Below, in pieces: positions 61,826 through 64,000 of a stretch of DNA of 64,000 nt. The notes under the pieces were generated by a model. That model was not told the DNA's origin. It saw nothing but the letters and a program-made list of their open reading frames with translations, and did not search any database. The position numbers were made by a program, and so were the translations under genes. The DNA comes from a virus (Duplodnaviria; Caudoviricetes), in the IMG/VR virus record IMGVR_UViG_3300017778_007984, positions 4,594-68,593 of that record. One strand, written 5' to 3'. Numbering within the stretch: position 1 is the stretch's first letter; every line of letters starts with the position of its first letter.

Positions 61826-64000
61826 ATGGCATACCAAAATATCAATCAATACAATTATAGAAAAATTGGTCTAAAACCTGTTAACGAAATCTTAGATTTT
61901 TGTTTGGCAGATGATGCAAAAGATTTTAACCAAGAGGTGATTTTTTCACCTTTACTGATTGCTGAGGATGATGGTAATAGAATGCCATTCAAATTTGATT
62001 TTAACTCAACTGGTACTACAATATCACCAATTTTTAATGATTTTCTATACGATACTATTGTATCTGAAAACTTTTATAACCCCGATAATATTGACCCTAA
62101 TTTTTGCCCCGTTACAACAGAAATTTGCGATATTGGATTAACAGGTATTGACAACGGACTCACAACAGAAATGTCAGGTATAACCATGACAGCATTCACC
62201 GGATTGTACACAACAACAGCTCAAACATACAACAGATATATCTATGACCGTAGATTTAAAATGCATCCAATATCCGGAAACACAACAACAGAAAACAGAT
62301 TATGGAACGATAATTCATACTCTTATGGGTTGTCTTATGAAAATGTTGGGGGAGATATCGGAACTGTTGCCAAATTAAATGGGGGATTTTATCAAGGTTT
62401 TTATAAACTTCAGGGTTATGACTACGAGGTGTTTCCAACAAGGGTAAGTGAGGGTTGGTCCGTGGAAATATTGTTAAAATATCAATTCTCGGGAGATACA
62501 AATATCGGACTCAACGCTCGTTATCCTGAAAACAAAGGTACTTTCTTTTTTATGGGAAGTAGGGCCGAAAACAAATTTTATCACTATGCTGATGGTAGTC
62601 CATCCTCTGATACCGGTTACACGCGAGTGACTTCAGGACTTACCTGCATGCACACTTGTACTTGTTCTATAACGGGGGGTACAGGTTCGGATTGTATTCC
62701 CGTATATCAACCATCGGGTGTAACATCCTCGAATTGTACTTGTGGTTGTCCCTGTGGTTGTTCCACCGAAGCGTCTATAAAAGAATTAGACCCACTCTAT
62801 GATGGTGTGTCAAATGCCATGTCCATTAGGTTTAGCGGTGATACAGGAAATCCCAGAGTCTGCGTCAAGGAATATTTGATTACGGGAAGTTGTATTTCTT
62901 CGGGAGTTTGTTTGACAGGTGTAAGTTATGTTACTGGGGTAACCACAGTTGAATGGTGTTCTACAAAAGGGATATTCGATGATTGTTTATTTACGCAATA
63001 CCCCTTATTTGAACACTGGGTTCAAATCGATGCGGTGTTTGAAAGGGCTGTATATTTTGATTGTAAAGATTTAGATTATCTGGGGGGACTCGGACAAATC
63101 GAAAAACAGGTTTTTACCGCTTCATCAGCAAACAATAGTGTGAGTTTGGTTATGCCCCCAATTACCCATGAGGAAGGGTACTCCGGTTATACTCCAGCAA
63201 AAACAACAGAAGTAAAAATCACAGACCTGTGGCTCGAACAAAAAGAATATAGAAGAGGAACTCTAAAGATTTTTGTTAATGGCAAACTCTTTATGGTTTG
63301 TGAAGATTTCGAGGAAATTATACCTCGACCCTTAAACACTTTTAAAGAACGACAAGTTGGTGTGCCCTTTAATATTTCAGTGGGGGGTGGCACTCAGGGA
63401 TTGAAAGACAACTTAACTTTCTCGGGAACTTGTCCTGCGGAATTATCCGGAATGACTTATCAACAAGACCCCGAGTGTTTAACTACTGATGATTTAGATA
63501 ATACAATATATTCGGGTTTGACTACCAATATTTTCTTAGAAGAAATTTTTGGAGGAAGTTTTATTGGTCAAATAAGCACATTTACAATGTATGTGGAACC
63601 GCTTGATGCTTCAGAAGTCAAACACAATTTTAGGATTTTAAAAAACAAGTACGATTTGTTGGACCCTGATTGCCCTGATTGTTTTGTGTTTATAGCACCA
63701 ACGCCTTCACCAACAGCAACTGTAACTCAAACTCCATCTAAGACACCAACAAACACTCCAACTGCGACTCCAACGAAAACACCAACAAACACACCGACAG
63801 GGACACCCACAAATACACCAACTAACACACCAACACAAACACCAACACCAACAAATACTCAAACCCAAACTGGAACAAACACACCAACACCTACCAACAC
63901 CCCATCAGAAACTCCAACCAACACTCCAAGTGTTACACCAACAAATACTCAAACCGAAACTGGAACTAACACACCAACACCAACTAATACGGAAACACCA
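61826..64000 (+). CDS. Large probable virion protein (partial, >725 aa) with Cys-rich beta domain and Thr/Pro repeat tail; absent from ORF track
   Basis: ATG at 61826 ([13 protein letters not shown]); frame read by eye stays open to the window end; CTCGCPCGC segment, LamG-like ending ([15 protein letters not shown]), then PTNTPT repeats from about 63700. Confidence 0.8.
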   Translation, partial: MAYQNINQYNYRKIGLKPVNEILDFCLADDAKDFNQEVIFSPLLIAEDDGNRMPFKFDFNSTGTTISPIFNDFLYDTIVSENFYNPDNIDPNFCPVTTEICDIGLTGIDNGLTTEMSGITMTAFTGLYTTTAQTYNRYIYDRRFKMHPISGNTTTENRLWNDNSYSYGLSYENVGGDIGTVAKLNGGFYQGFYKLQGYDYEVFPTRVSEGWSVEILLKYQFSGDTNIGLNARYPENKGTFFFMGSRAENKFYHYADGSPSSDTGYTRVTSGLTCMHTCTCSITGGTGSDCIPVYQPSGVTSSNCTCGCPCGCSTEASIKELDPLYDGVSNAMSIRFSGDTGNPRVCVKEYLITGSCISSGVCLTGVSYVTGVTTVEWCSTKGIFDDCLFTQYPLFEHWVQIDAVFERAVYFDCKDLDYLGGLGQIEKQVFTASSANNSVSLVMPPITHEEGYSGYTPAKTTEVKITDLWLEQKEYRRGTLKIFVNGKLFMVCEDFEEIIPRPLNTFKERQVGVPFNISVGGGTQGLKDNLTFSGTCPAELSGMTYQQDPECLTTDDLDNTIYSGLTTNIFLEEIFGGSFIGQISTFTMYVEPLDASEVKHNFRILKNKYDLLDPDCPDCFVFIAPTPSPTATVTQTPSKTPTNTPTATPTKTPTNTPTGTPTNTPTNTPTQTPTPTNTQTQTGTNTPTPTNTPSETPTNTPSVTPTNTQTETGTNTPTPTNTETP

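Noticed and set aside
63700-64000. ACACCAAC-rich repeats as a CRISPR array or terminal repeat
   Set aside because: They are degenerate codon-level repeats within a Thr/Pro-rich ORF.
1-64000. Stop-codon recoding as seen in some large phages
   Set aside because: Standard-code ORFs tile the window densely, core genes are full length, and the TAG stops checked (e.g. 21964, 29079, 59851) are followed by new starts, promoter motifs or nearby stops.
1-64000. Bacterial chromosome, prophage or eukaryotic giant virus origin
   Set aside because: T4-like terminase, portal, protease, scaffold and capsid genes are syntenic, with no integrase or host housekeeping operons and no NCLDV double-jelly-roll capsid; the glycan genes are interleaved with phage-type genes.

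Overview
A 64-kb, AT-rich, gene-dense segment of a large T4-like (jumbo/huge) tailed phage genome. The host is probably Bacteroidota: a TTTG-N19-TATATTTG promoter precedes the tmRNA, start codons are A-rich without Shine-Dalgarno sites, and the ClpC and bS21 proteins look Bacteroidota-like. From left to right: (1) 1-2.7 kb is an RNA-gene cluster with tRNA-Gly(TCC), tRNA-Arg(TCT), a free-standing endonuclease, a small lipoprotein and a tmRNA whose T-loop is split by a 223-nt ORF-less group I intron with every core helix readable. (2) 2.7-12 kb is accessory: an M20/M28 peptidase, a ClpC-like unfoldase lacking its N-domain divergent from a tandem-UVR protein, ParB-like, KTSC and Pol-beta-type nucleotidyltransferase genes, and unrelated small proteins sharing N-terminal leader peptides. 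(3) 12-35 kb is the head/virion module: large terminase, portal, antisense bS21, prohead protease, scaffold, gp23-like major capsid protein, an HNH endonuclease and a gp5-like baseplate protein. (4) 35-59 kb holds a gp55-like late sigma factor and a ~23-kb single-strand glycan biosynthesis island (heptose, fucosyltransferase-like, FkbM, TPP-enzyme and several glycosyltransferase genes, plus PhoH, dUTPase and an exonuclease). (5) 59-64 kb has a stand-alone WYL protein and a large Thr/Pro-rich protein running off the end. No CRISPR array, rRNA, transposase or stop-codon recoding is evident. All family assignments come from motifs read by eye; no database searches were run.
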